In this document: positions 26,034 to 34,705 of the stretch, piece after piece
How positions within the stretch are numbered: the stretch's first letter is position 1
How the letters are laid out: every line of letters begins with the position of its first letter
Assembly (NCBI GenBank): GCA_964547905.1
Contig: CAZJPN010000050.1
Span: 11,049-75,048, forward strand
Source of the DNA: an uncultured Pseudomonadota bacterium
GTDB taxonomy: Bacteria > JAMCPX01
Direction: 5' to 3'
Length of the DNA stretch: 64,000 bases
The notes under the pieces: generated by a model
What the model saw: only the letters and a program-made list of their open reading frames with translations
What the model was told of the DNA's origin: nothing
Databases searched by the model: none
Position numbers and translations under genes: made by a program

Positions 26034-26823
26034 GGTAATTCCCTCCTTCCTCTATAACGCCTCCACTGTAATGGACAAATACATCATCCAGATTGGCATC
26101 TGTTCCCACGGAGGCTTTCAGATCAGCGGGGCTTCCGGATATTGTAATTTTACCCCGGTGTATGAGGGCTATCTCATCGCAAAGCCTGTCAGCCTCTTCC
26201 ATGTCATGCGTGGTTATCAGTATCGTCATTCCGTACTCTTTCTTCAATGCGATAAGCCGTTCCCAGACCACCCGACGTGCAACAGGATCCAATCCTATGG
26301 TAGGCTCATCAAGGAATAAAACAGCAGGCAGGTGAAGCATTGCCTGCGCCAGTTCGAGCCTCCGGATCATGCCGCCTGAATAAGTCTTTACAAGCTTATT
26401 TGAAGACTCCGTGAGATTCATAAAATTGAGTGCATCCGCAACTCTTGCTTTTCGATCATAGCGTTTCATACCATACAGTTTTGCCGAGAGCATGAGGTTT
26501 TCATAAGCAGTGAGACCTCCATCCGCAGAAAGCATCTGAGGTACATATCCAATCCTTTTTCTCACCTCTTTTGAGGATAAATTTACATCGAAACCTGCAA
26601 CCATTGCAGTGCCTGACATAGGATCAAGAAGTGTCGTCAACATTTTGATCGTGGTACTTTTACCTGCACCGTTAGGACCGATCAAACCAAAGATCTTTCC
26701 ATACGGGACATGAAGATCCATTGAATCGACAGCAACAAAATCGCCGAACTTCCGTGTGAGTTTATTCGTTTCGATTGCCCATAAAGAAAGTGGAGGTATT
26801 TTTTTATTGTCTGAATCCGACAT
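25990..26823 (-). CDS. ABC transporter ATP-binding protein (DrrA-like exporter ATPase)
   Basis: Walker A GPNGAGKST, signature LSGGM-like YSGGMIRRL, Walker B VLFLDEPT. Confidence 0.88.
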   Translation of the reverse strand: MSDSDNKKIPPLSLWAIETNKLTRKFGDFVAVDSMDLHVPYGKIFGLIGPNGAGKSTTIKMLTTLLDPMSGTAMVAGFDVNLSSKEVRKRIGYVPQMLSADGGLTAYENLMLSAKLYGMKRYDRKARVADALNFMNLTESSNKLVKTYSGGMIRRLELAQAMLHLPAVLFLDEPTIGLDPVARRVVWERLIALKKEYGMTILITTHDMEEADRLCDEIALIHRGKITISGSPADLKASVGTDANLDDVFVHYSGGVIEEGGNYRDVRKTRRTANRLA

Positions 26824-26840
26824 CTTGATTCTATCCTGTC

Positions 26841-27320
26841 TTATACTTTTTTATCTTTGCTCGGTACATGAACAACTTTATTATCAATTGAAAAAAGCCC
26901 TTCGAGTTCGTTTAATCCTTGTAAAAGAGCTTTGCGGTTTTTTGAATCCAGCATTGAAACCTTTTTACTGAGCCTATTTTCTGCTGCGGTTTTTATCTGA
27001 TTGAAAAGTGCAATGCCCATATTTGTCAGTCTGAGAGGGGACTTCCTGCGATCAGCAGCATCATGACTTCTCTCTATGAACCCTCGCCTTACCAGAGTTT
27101 CTACACTTCTGGACATGGATGGCTGACTCACTCCGTGGTGCTGTGCAATCTCGTTTATGAGCGTCCTTCCTCGTATGATACTACCAAGTATCCGGAAATG
27201 AGGAACACTCAAATCCGCTGGAATGCATGATCGCATCTCGGCACGTACACGCGCCATGGAGAGCGGTATTATTTCCAAAAGTCTTTTTGCTATTTTAGTC
27301 TCGTTTTGCATATATAACAT
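26841..27320 (-). CDS. MarR-family transcriptional regulator
   Basis: wHTH region …LINEIAQHHGVSQPSMSRSVETLVRRGFIERSHDAADRRKSPLRLT…, typical MarR. First gene of the marR-ABC operon. Confidence 0.8.
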   Translation of the reverse strand: MLYMQNETKIAKRLLEIIPLSMARVRAEMRSCIPADLSVPHFRILGSIIRGRTLINEIAQHHGVSQPSMSRSVETLVRRGFIERSHDAADRRKSPLRLTNMGIALFNQIKTAAENRLSKKVSMLDSKNRKALLQGLNELEGLFSIDNKVVHVPSKDKKV

Positions 27321-27393
27321 TGTTAATATGTAATATTGTTATATAATTGTCAAGAAGTATCTATCGAATGGCTTTGTTGGACAGCAGGTTTGA

Positions 27394-28230
27394 TTACTTG
27401 GAATCGGTGATAATTCTGGTAAACATATTAAACGGTACAAACTCAAAATATCTGTTTGAAATCGTAATAAATTTATTTTTAAATTCCGTCAACTCTTCCG
27501 CAGGCTTATTCAAAATAACAAACCTGCCGCTTAATTCTTCCGGCACGATCTTTTCCGTTCCGCACAAGCCGTACAAATGCACCCCTCTTCTTTTACATAT
27601 TTCAGCTATTGCAAGTGAACCCGTTTTGCAGACAAATCCGTCCCTATGAATTGCGTCCCCGCCGATAAGGACTGCATCAATATCTCCAGAAGCAAGCATG
27701 CTGATACCCGCTGCGTCTGTTGCGTACGTGACGGGTATCGACAGATTTGCAAGTTGTATCATCATATGAGCGCCTTCATTCATGGGCCTTGATTCAAGGA
27801 CTACAACCCTGAACTTTGAACCATGCCCGTATGCGTATTTCAAACCTGCAAGAACTGTAGAACTCGATGAATATGTCATCACTGTTTTACTTTTTTTAAG
27901 CAAACCCGATACTTTTGCCGCAATAATATTGGTATGTGTTTCTATTGCTGCTTCGAACCTATCAAGATAGAGTAAAATATTGTTGCGTTCAGCAGTGCCT
28001 GCCAGTTTCCCAATACCGGATGCAAGATTAAGCATAATACCCATGGAAGGCTGGGAAGATATAAGTTGTTCGGATATCAGTTTGCATAAATGGGCAGATA
28101 CTCTCGTATTTTTACGTTTGATAATGCTCCTTATACGTTCGATGGCATTTAAAGCTATCCGTACAGACCCCGAGGTGTTATCATTCGTTAAATGCTTTGA
28201 TAATCTTTCTATATCATGAACAGAACTCAT
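27394..28230 (-). CDS. Initiation factor 2B-related family protein (eIF-2B alpha/beta/delta / MtnA / ribose-1,5-bisphosphate isomerase superfamily)
   Basis: C-terminal …VLIGGDAIHRDGFVCKTGSLAIAEICKRRGVHLYGLCGTEKIV… matches the IF-2B family core. 278 aa. GAGGGAG RBS. Confidence 0.55.
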   Translation of the reverse strand: MSSVHDIERLSKHLTNDNTSGSVRIALNAIERIRSIIKRKNTRVSAHLCKLISEQLISSQPSMGIMLNLASGIGKLAGTAERNNILLYLDRFEAAIETHTNIIAAKVSGLLKKSKTVMTYSSSSTVLAGLKYAYGHGSKFRVVVLESRPMNEGAHMMIQLANLSIPVTYATDAAGISMLASGDIDAVLIGGDAIHRDGFVCKTGSLAIAEICKRRGVHLYGLCGTEKIVPEELSGRFVILNKPAEELTEFKNKFITISNRYFEFVPFNMFTRIITDSK

Positions 28231-28254
28231 ACCACCTACTCCCTCATGAAAAAA

Positions 28255-28282
28255 TCAGGGGTCCAACACCTTGAACCCCTGA
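28255..28282 (-). terminator. Rho-independent terminator for the upstream acyl-CoA dehydrogenase gene
   Basis: Minus strand reads CAGGGGTtcaaggtgttggACCCCTG followed by ATTTTTTC. 7-bp GC-rich stem plus a U-tract. The next gene's RBS and ATG follow immediately. Confidence 0.7.
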
Positions 28283-28347
28283 AGATAGAAACAAACAAAA
28301 TATTGGGAATTTAGATTTAAAAATAAATTCTCTTTAACAGCGTTTCC

Positions 28348-30168
28348 CTATAACGAGTAACTTTCTTTTTCAATAATATGCTGAGCTATCTTATCCTTTA
28401 TACCGGATACATTCAAAGGATAGGTAAACGTGAGTGCTGACAGTGCCTTTTCGTAAGCGGCAAACTCATTTGCATTGTCCTCTGCCACGTCACCAAGCAC
28501 CTGTCTTGCAGTAAGAGTGATCTTGTTAAGCGCTTCATAAACAAAAGCCCGGGTAAGAAGTACCGGTATTGTAACTGCCGAATCGCCTTTCATATTTTTC
28601 AATTTGAGCGTTCTGAGTACTACCGAGTCCATTCCATAAACATCTATAATCATATTGGCCAACTGTTCGAATATATACTCGCCCTTCCCAAATTGAAATG
28701 CCTTATCTGCAAGGGCAGCCATGTATTTCTGTACAGCTACCCCGGTGGTATAAACGGTCAGCTTCTTCGCTATATCCGTTGCAAGTTTTTCTATACCAAG
28801 TAGACCGGATTCGGGTTTCTTATTTACCTTGCCGGATTCTATGTCGGTAGCTATTTCACTGAATTTACCCATAAAATCGAGTTCGCCCTTCATGGATTTC
28901 TTTGCAATAGCACCAGGTATAAGTAAGCGGTTAACCTCATTGGTACCTTCGAAGATCCTGTTGATTCTTGCATCTCTATACGCCCTTGCCACCTTGTAGT
29001 CTTCTATATATCCATACCCTCCGAGACTCTGCACTCCTTCATCAACTACAAAACCGAGAATCTCCGAGCCGTATACCTTCATTATCGATGCCTCTATGTC
29101 ATAATCCTCAAATATCTTTGCAGCCTTCTTACTGTAATCCGGTGCACCATGGTCAAGTGCATGTATTGCATTGTCAATCATACCTGCTGTCCTGTACGAC
29201 ATACTTTCAGAGGCATAAACCTTGATCATCATGTCTGCAAACTTTCTTCTGATCATACCAAAACTTGATACGGGCTGTCCAAACTGTATTCTCTGATTCG
29301 TGTATTGGGATACTTGCTTTATCACTTCTTTTGAACCACCTGTTGATGCAACTCCAAGCTTTAAACGCCCTATATCCAACACTCCTAAGGCTGATTGATG
29401 TCCTTTACCAATCTCCCCAAGTACATTTTCTACAGGCACTTTTACATCACTCAATACAAGAGGCCTTGTTGATGAGCCCTTTATTCCCATTTTATTTTCC
29501 TCTTTGCCTGTCGACAAACCTTCGTAGGTTTTTTCAACAATAAAAGCCGTAAACTTCTCACCGTCAATCTTTGCATACACAATAAAAAGATCGGCAATAC
29601 CTGCATTTGTTATAAATTGTTTTTCACCGTTGAGGATATAATATTTGCCATCATTGCTTAAAACAGCTTTGGTCTTGGCGCCGAGTGCATCCGAACCATA
29701 CCCTGTTTCTGTAAGAGCGTAGGCAGCTATCATCTCTCCGCTTGCAAGTTTTGGAAGATATTTCTTTTTCTGTTGTTCATTCCCGAAATAAACGATTGGC
29801 AATGTACCTATGCCATTATGTGCGAGTACTGTTCCGGCAAAAGCCCCTGATTTTGCTATTGCCTCGGATACCCTCAATGCTGTAGATAGATTCATTCCAA
29901 GACCACCGAATTCTTCCGGGATCTCTATCATCAAAAGACCAAGTTCCCCAGCTTTTTTCATCAGCTTGGTATTTAATTCTATCTTTTTATCATGATCCTC
30001 CAATGCGTCTTCCAGAGGAAGGACTTCTTTTACCATAAAATCATCCGCAGTGTCCGCAAAACTTAATTGCTCTTCTGTGAACTCTTCTGGAACAAAGATA
30101 TCCTTTGCCGTTGTAGGTTCAAGCAAGAAACCACCACCAATAGGCTTTTTTTTGTCTTCTTTACTCAT
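28348..30168 (-). CDS. Acyl-CoA dehydrogenase (long form with a C-terminal helical extension)
   Basis: ACAD N-, middle- and C-domains (…YALTETGYGSDA…, …YRDARINRIFEGTNEV…). Start set at MSKEDKKK, preceded by AAAGGAG 7 nt upstream (the ORF track started 9 codons earlier). Confidence 0.85.
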   Translation of the reverse strand: MSKEDKKKPIGGGFLLEPTTAKDIFVPEEFTEEQLSFADTADDFMVKEVLPLEDALEDHDKKIELNTKLMKKAGELGLLMIEIPEEFGGLGMNLSTALRVSEAIAKSGAFAGTVLAHNGIGTLPIVYFGNEQQKKKYLPKLASGEMIAAYALTETGYGSDALGAKTKAVLSNDGKYYILNGEKQFITNAGIADLFIVYAKIDGEKFTAFIVEKTYEGLSTGKEENKMGIKGSSTRPLVLSDVKVPVENVLGEIGKGHQSALGVLDIGRLKLGVASTGGSKEVIKQVSQYTNQRIQFGQPVSSFGMIRRKFADMMIKVYASESMSYRTAGMIDNAIHALDHGAPDYSKKAAKIFEDYDIEASIMKVYGSEILGFVVDEGVQSLGGYGYIEDYKVARAYRDARINRIFEGTNEVNRLLIPGAIAKKSMKGELDFMGKFSEIATDIESGKVNKKPESGLLGIEKLATDIAKKLTVYTTGVAVQKYMAALADKAFQFGKGEYIFEQLANMIIDVYGMDSVVLRTLKLKNMKGDSAVTIPVLLTRAFVYEALNKITLTARQVLGDVAEDNANEFAAYEKALSALTFTYPLNVSGIKDKIAQHIIEKESYSL

Positions 30169-30180
30169 TTTTTTCTCCTT

Positions 30181-30198
30181 TGAATGAATATTCATTCA
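30181..30198. promoter_or_regulatory. Perfect 18-bp palindrome TGAATGAATATTCATTCA, a candidate FadR(TetR-family)-type operator, 13-30 nt upstream of the ACAD start
   Basis: TGAATGAAT|ATTCATTCA. Matches the Bacillus-type FadR/YsiA box class (TGAATGA-N4-TCATTCA) for beta-oxidation genes. Confidence 0.5.
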
Positions 30199-30274
30199 CT
30201 TTATACCATACAGATTTATATCAATGCAAGCAAAATATGAGAAATGGTTTTGCAAATTTCCTCATTGTGTTTTG

Positions 30275-31153
30275 TCAACTACCAACAAGAGTCTCTGCAT
30301 ACGCTATTATTTCTTTTGCAACATCCTGTTTATTTATTTTCTCCAGCGCCTCGATACCGGGAGATGGATTTATCTCCAATACCTTTGGTCCGTCTGAACT
30401 TTCTATAATATCAACACCTGCGACATCGAGTCCTATTGTCTTGACGGCCCGTATAGCTATATCCGCATATAACGGCGGCAGGACTATCTTTTCTCCCTGC
30501 CCACCGCGGTGGATATTCGTTCTGAACTCACCCGCCCTTGCAATCCTGCGCATCGAAGCTATCACCATGTCACCAACTACCAATACCCTGATGTCCCTCC
30601 CCCTTGATTCCGCCACAAACTGCTGGATAATAATATTCTGTCCAAGGCTGAAAAAGGCATTGATGGTTGACTCTATCGAATCTCTGGACTCCGCAAGTAT
30701 AACACCTATCCCCTGTGCACCTTCGATAAGCTTTAGAATAACTGGTGGACCGCCCACAAGTTTTAAAGCTGTTTCAATATCCTCGGGATTGCGTATCATT
30801 GCTGTTGCAGGTACATCTATCTTACGGGCAAGCAGGCATTGAGCGGTCATGAATTTATCGCGTGCGAGTGCTATTGCAGATGATCTGTTGATAACGGGGA
30901 TATCGAGGAGCTCAAACTGTTTAACTACCGACATGCCGAAGCTGTTTATCGTGCCGGATATGCGAGGTATTACAATGTCGGGAAGCTTAAGGATCTTATC
31001 TTTATATGTTATAAGAGCTTTTTCATCGAGTATGGCAATATTAAACTTTAAGGGATCTATGACCTTTATAGCATGCCCTTTTTTTCTCGCCGCTTCTGCA
31101 AGTCTTCTGGTAGAATATATGCCAATCTTTTTAGATAATAGAAGTATATGCAT
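30275..31153 (-). CDS. rimK: RimK-family ATP-grasp ligase (ribosomal protein S6--L-glutamate ligase-like)
   Basis: MHILLLSKKIGIYSTRRLAEAARKKGH N-terminus. ATP-grasp fold. 292 aa. Confidence 0.8.
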   Translation of the reverse strand: MHILLLSKKIGIYSTRRLAEAARKKGHAIKVIDPLKFNIAILDEKALITYKDKILKLPDIVIPRISGTINSFGMSVVKQFELLDIPVINRSSAIALARDKFMTAQCLLARKIDVPATAMIRNPEDIETALKLVGGPPVILKLIEGAQGIGVILAESRDSIESTINAFFSLGQNIIIQQFVAESRGRDIRVLVVGDMVIASMRRIARAGEFRTNIHRGGQGEKIVLPPLYADIAIRAVKTIGLDVAGVDIIESSDGPKVLEINPSPGIEALEKINKQDVAKEIIAYAETLVGS

Positions 31154-31821
31154 CAGTACATTATGATAATTTGTCTGTGAAGCATAAGGGTTTTAATCCA
31201 TAACTTTAATTGTTTGTTGTACTCTTTCTGTTCAAGCAATTCCTTTATATCCTTTTCAGCAGCCTGCTTATTCATACCCTTATATTTATCCCTGTTACTA
31301 TCGTAGTATTGCTCGATATCTTTATTCGTTACATTAATGAGCATTTTTACCTCATCGTTGAGGTACTGCTTTACTACGAGTGTATCACCCATGTATTTTT
31401 TAAGATAGACCTCTGTTATGGCGTACTGTTTCGTATAATTATTGTAATCATTATCCGATTTAAACTTCGCTCTGAACCGGGCAATCATATTCGTAATCTC
31501 CTGCTGATCGGGCGGGTTTATTGATAACAATTGTGCGTCCTTCAGCATAAGTGTTCTATCTATAAGCCTGTCCAAAGACAATTTCATAAACTGATGATCC
31601 TTAAGATCTTGAACAGCTTCACTGTATCCGGATTTCAATACCGCACTTACAGCGGCATACTGCACAAGCTGCACATTTGTTATAACACCGGCTCCCTGTA
31701 CCGAGGCTACTATACTGTCAACCATAATCTGTTCTGCATGTGCATAAGACGGCTTTATAAATAATAAAACTGAAAATATAAAACATAATATTATTTTTTT
31801 TGTTATTTTATATCGTTTCAT
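31153..31821 (-). CDS. Periplasmic SurA N-terminal-domain chaperone-like protein (no PPIase domain)
   Basis: Signal peptide. SurA_N-like region. Position immediately upstream of bamA in the same orientation. Confidence 0.55.
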   Translation of the reverse strand: MKRYKITKKIILCFIFSVLLFIKPSYAHAEQIMVDSIVASVQGAGVITNVQLVQYAAVSAVLKSGYSEAVQDLKDHQFMKLSLDRLIDRTLMLKDAQLLSINPPDQQEITNMIARFRAKFKSDNDYNNYTKQYAITEVYLKKYMGDTLVVKQYLNDEVKMLINVTNKDIEQYYDSNRDKYKGMNKQAAEKDIKELLEQKEYNKQLKLWIKTLMLHRQIIIMY

Positions 31822-31846
31822 CTGTTATAAACCATAATTCTTTCGC

Positions 31847-34705
31847 TTACAGGATCGTGCCTATGAAGAAATGCCACGCTGTTAGCGGTTCATTCGGTCT
31901 TTTGTCAAGCTTAAAACCGATATCAAGATTAAGAGCCCCGGCAGGTGTAACATATCTTATACCGAAACCCGCGCTCTTCCTTATGTCGTGCATACCTGTC
32001 AGTTCAAAACCGGATGGAGATGACCAAACATTACCACCATCCGTAAACACAACGCCGTCAAAACTATCTATCAATTTTAAACGAAACTCCGTCTGATAGT
32101 TAAGCATGATATCGCCTCCGACAGGAGTATTCCCTGGTCCCATAGGACCGACACTATCTTCGGCAAAACCTCTTATGGTGGATCCACCGCCAAGATAAAA
32201 TCTTTTTTCTATAGGGAGGTCAATCGTCGTACCAAGCGGCCATGCATAACCACCCCTTAGAGAAAGTACGTAGGTCAAGCTGCCGTTTATAGGTATATAC
32301 TTTGTTGCCGCAGTATATAATTTTACGTATTCTTCCTGAGATAAAAACCAACTCTTAGCCCAATCGACTCTGAATAGCTGTAAATATCCATTCGTAGGGT
32401 TGAATGGATTATTCCTGTCATCGATAAGTATAATCGGAGATACTATGCCAAGCTGCCTTTGTTCGAAATCCGCAGGAGTTAAAATGGCACCCGGCTGCAC
32501 ATCCATAGGCTCTCTTATTTCAAATTCATACTGAAGTGAGAGCTTTACGGCTGAGCCGATATTTCTGTCGAGTCCCAAAATTGTACTTTCTGACTTTAAC
32601 CCATATCCTATCCAGAAGTTCCTTACATATGAATCTATAAGATTTATCCTGCCAGTCATATTGGTATTGAAGAGATAATTTTGGGTATAACCGAGTTCAA
32701 TGACACGTTGATTCGTCAGGTAATTACTGTGATTAAACATGGGTTTTAATGCATAAACGACGGGCTGCACACCGCCGTCCACATGAAAGTTTATGGACTT
32801 TGCGCTTCCCATTATATTGTTATCGTATAAGTCTATTGCCCCCCTATATCCCTCTACAGTGCCATAGCCAATAGAGAATGAAACACCTCTGGTTTTACGC
32901 TCTTTCACTATAACGGCTACATCGACTATGTTATTATGCATCGTATCGGATATGGGTTTTATATCTGCACTCTCAAAATAACCTGTCCTCAAAAGATTTA
33001 TTCTGCTCTGTATGATATTGTCGGGTATAAAATATCCTCCTGTTTTAAAATCAAGATTTTTCGTTATAACCCAGTCCGCTGTCTTGGTATTGCCGGCTAT
33101 TATAATTTTGCCTATACGTATTCTGTTACCTTCCGTTATGTCGAAGTTTATCGATGCCTGATCATTGTGTATCGTGTAGTTGTAATTTACCTCTGCATTT
33201 ATATAACCATGCGAGAAATAGAGCTGCTCTATCTGCCTTTTTATATCCTGCACCTGCCACATATTGAATGGTCCGCCCATTTTTATCTTTTTTATCAACG
33301 ACATTACTCTGTCATTCATATTCTCGGATACACCTCTTATACCAACACTACTCACAATGGTTTGCATACCCTCTTCTATGGAAATCGTTAAGTTAATCCA
33401 TTCTTTTCTTTTATCTATAAAATCTATTCTTACACCTTTTATTCTGACATTGAGAAATCCGTTAATTTTATAGAGATAGATAATAGCCTTGAGATCGTTC
33501 TCTAACCTTGTTGGCGATAGTATCCCATTGTATTTGTAGTTGTAGACATAAGCATACATTTTCCATGGAGATGTGAGCATCTGTGCTCTGAGAGCTGAAT
33601 AGCTTATATGGGTATTGCCGCTAAAGAAAATACCGGCAATGTAGATTTTTTGCCCCATGTGTATGTCGAAGATAACATGTATTCTTTTCTTTTTTATAAT
33701 ACTATAATCAACCCGGCAAAGATAATAGCCCCGATCCCGGAGTGCATTTTCAATCCTGTTTTTATAAAGTTCGAAATTTATGAATCCTTCGTTCTTTTTT
33801 ATTCCCATTATATCCATAAGTTCACTTTTGGTTAAGTATTCATTACCCGTAAATCCCATAACATACATTGGACCGGCGGTTATGTTTATGTTTATATACG
33901 CTCCGAGAAAATTATCGGAGTACACAATCTCGGGTTTATGTATAGCCGCCTGCCAGTAACCTTGTGAATAATAATACGACTCGAGTATACCTGCTATATT
34001 GTCTATTTTACTCTTTACGACAATATCACCCGGGCTTATCCTCATTTTTTTTAAAAGAATGGAACTATTTATTTCAGGGTCACCCGTAATATCTATCTTT
34101 CTTATTTTTGCCGGGTATCCTTCTTTCACATCTACCTGCAGGTCAACGGTATTGTAGGAAGTCGGTGTAAATGTTACGCTTACATTCACTGTCATATAAC
34201 CATTATCGTTATAAAACTTTATTGCACGTTCTTTCACGACATCGATTAATTCATTGTAAAAATGCGTATCCGGCTGCAAATAAATAGCATGCTCAAGCTC
34301 CTTAACCGACACACTTTTTACTCCATAAAATACTATTTTTGAAACATCGATAATAGGTTTACAGATGTAGGTAAGATTTATTTTATTCTCTTCTGATTTA
34401 ACATAAAGTTGAACGTTCGAACACTGTCCGGTCGAGTAGAGAAGCCTTATAGAGTCATCGGCATCCAATATGCTAAAAGGCTTTCCATTCTTAGTTTTTA
34501 TAAGCTCTTTGATACCTTCCGTTTTTACGTCAGGAGGAAACCGCAGTGTAACTCCGGATATAAGCATACCATTATACCGGTCTATGTTTAAATCAGCATA
34601 AGCAGGGTAAACCGAAAAAACAAATAAAATAACCGATATCAACAATACAGCATAAAAAAAATCGTGATTCATTTTCAAATGAATTTTTGGCAAAAACCGA
34701 TTCAT
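31847..34705 (-). CDS. bamA: Outer membrane protein assembly factor BamA (Omp85 family, multiple POTRA domains plus a 16-strand barrel)
   Basis: 952 aa. N-terminal signal/anchor. POTRA-like repeats. C-terminal Omp85 barrel ending …GFGIRYVTPAGALNLDIGFKL…WHFFIGTIL. Confidence 0.8.
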   Translation of the reverse strand: MNRFLPKIHLKMNHDFFYAVLLISVILFVFSVYPAYADLNIDRYNGMLISGVTLRFPPDVKTEGIKELIKTKNGKPFSILDADDSIRLLYSTGQCSNVQLYVKSEENKINLTYICKPIIDVSKIVFYGVKSVSVKELEHAIYLQPDTHFYNELIDVVKERAIKFYNDNGYMTVNVSVTFTPTSYNTVDLQVDVKEGYPAKIRKIDITGDPEINSSILLKKMRISPGDIVVKSKIDNIAGILESYYYSQGYWQAAIHKPEIVYSDNFLGAYININITAGPMYVMGFTGNEYLTKSELMDIMGIKKNEGFINFELYKNRIENALRDRGYYLCRVDYSIIKKKRIHVIFDIHMGQKIYIAGIFFSGNTHISYSALRAQMLTSPWKMYAYVYNYKYNGILSPTRLENDLKAIIYLYKINGFLNVRIKGVRIDFIDKRKEWINLTISIEEGMQTIVSSVGIRGVSENMNDRVMSLIKKIKMGGPFNMWQVQDIKRQIEQLYFSHGYINAEVNYNYTIHNDQASINFDITEGNRIRIGKIIIAGNTKTADWVITKNLDFKTGGYFIPDNIIQSRINLLRTGYFESADIKPISDTMHNNIVDVAVIVKERKTRGVSFSIGYGTVEGYRGAIDLYDNNIMGSAKSINFHVDGGVQPVVYALKPMFNHSNYLTNQRVIELGYTQNYLFNTNMTGRINLIDSYVRNFWIGYGLKSESTILGLDRNIGSAVKLSLQYEFEIREPMDVQPGAILTPADFEQRQLGIVSPIILIDDRNNPFNPTNGYLQLFRVDWAKSWFLSQEEYVKLYTAATKYIPINGSLTYVLSLRGGYAWPLGTTIDLPIEKRFYLGGGSTIRGFAEDSVGPMGPGNTPVGGDIMLNYQTEFRLKLIDSFDGVVFTDGGNVWSSPSGFELTGMHDIRKSAGFGIRYVTPAGALNLDIGFKLDKRPNEPLTAWHFFIGTIL

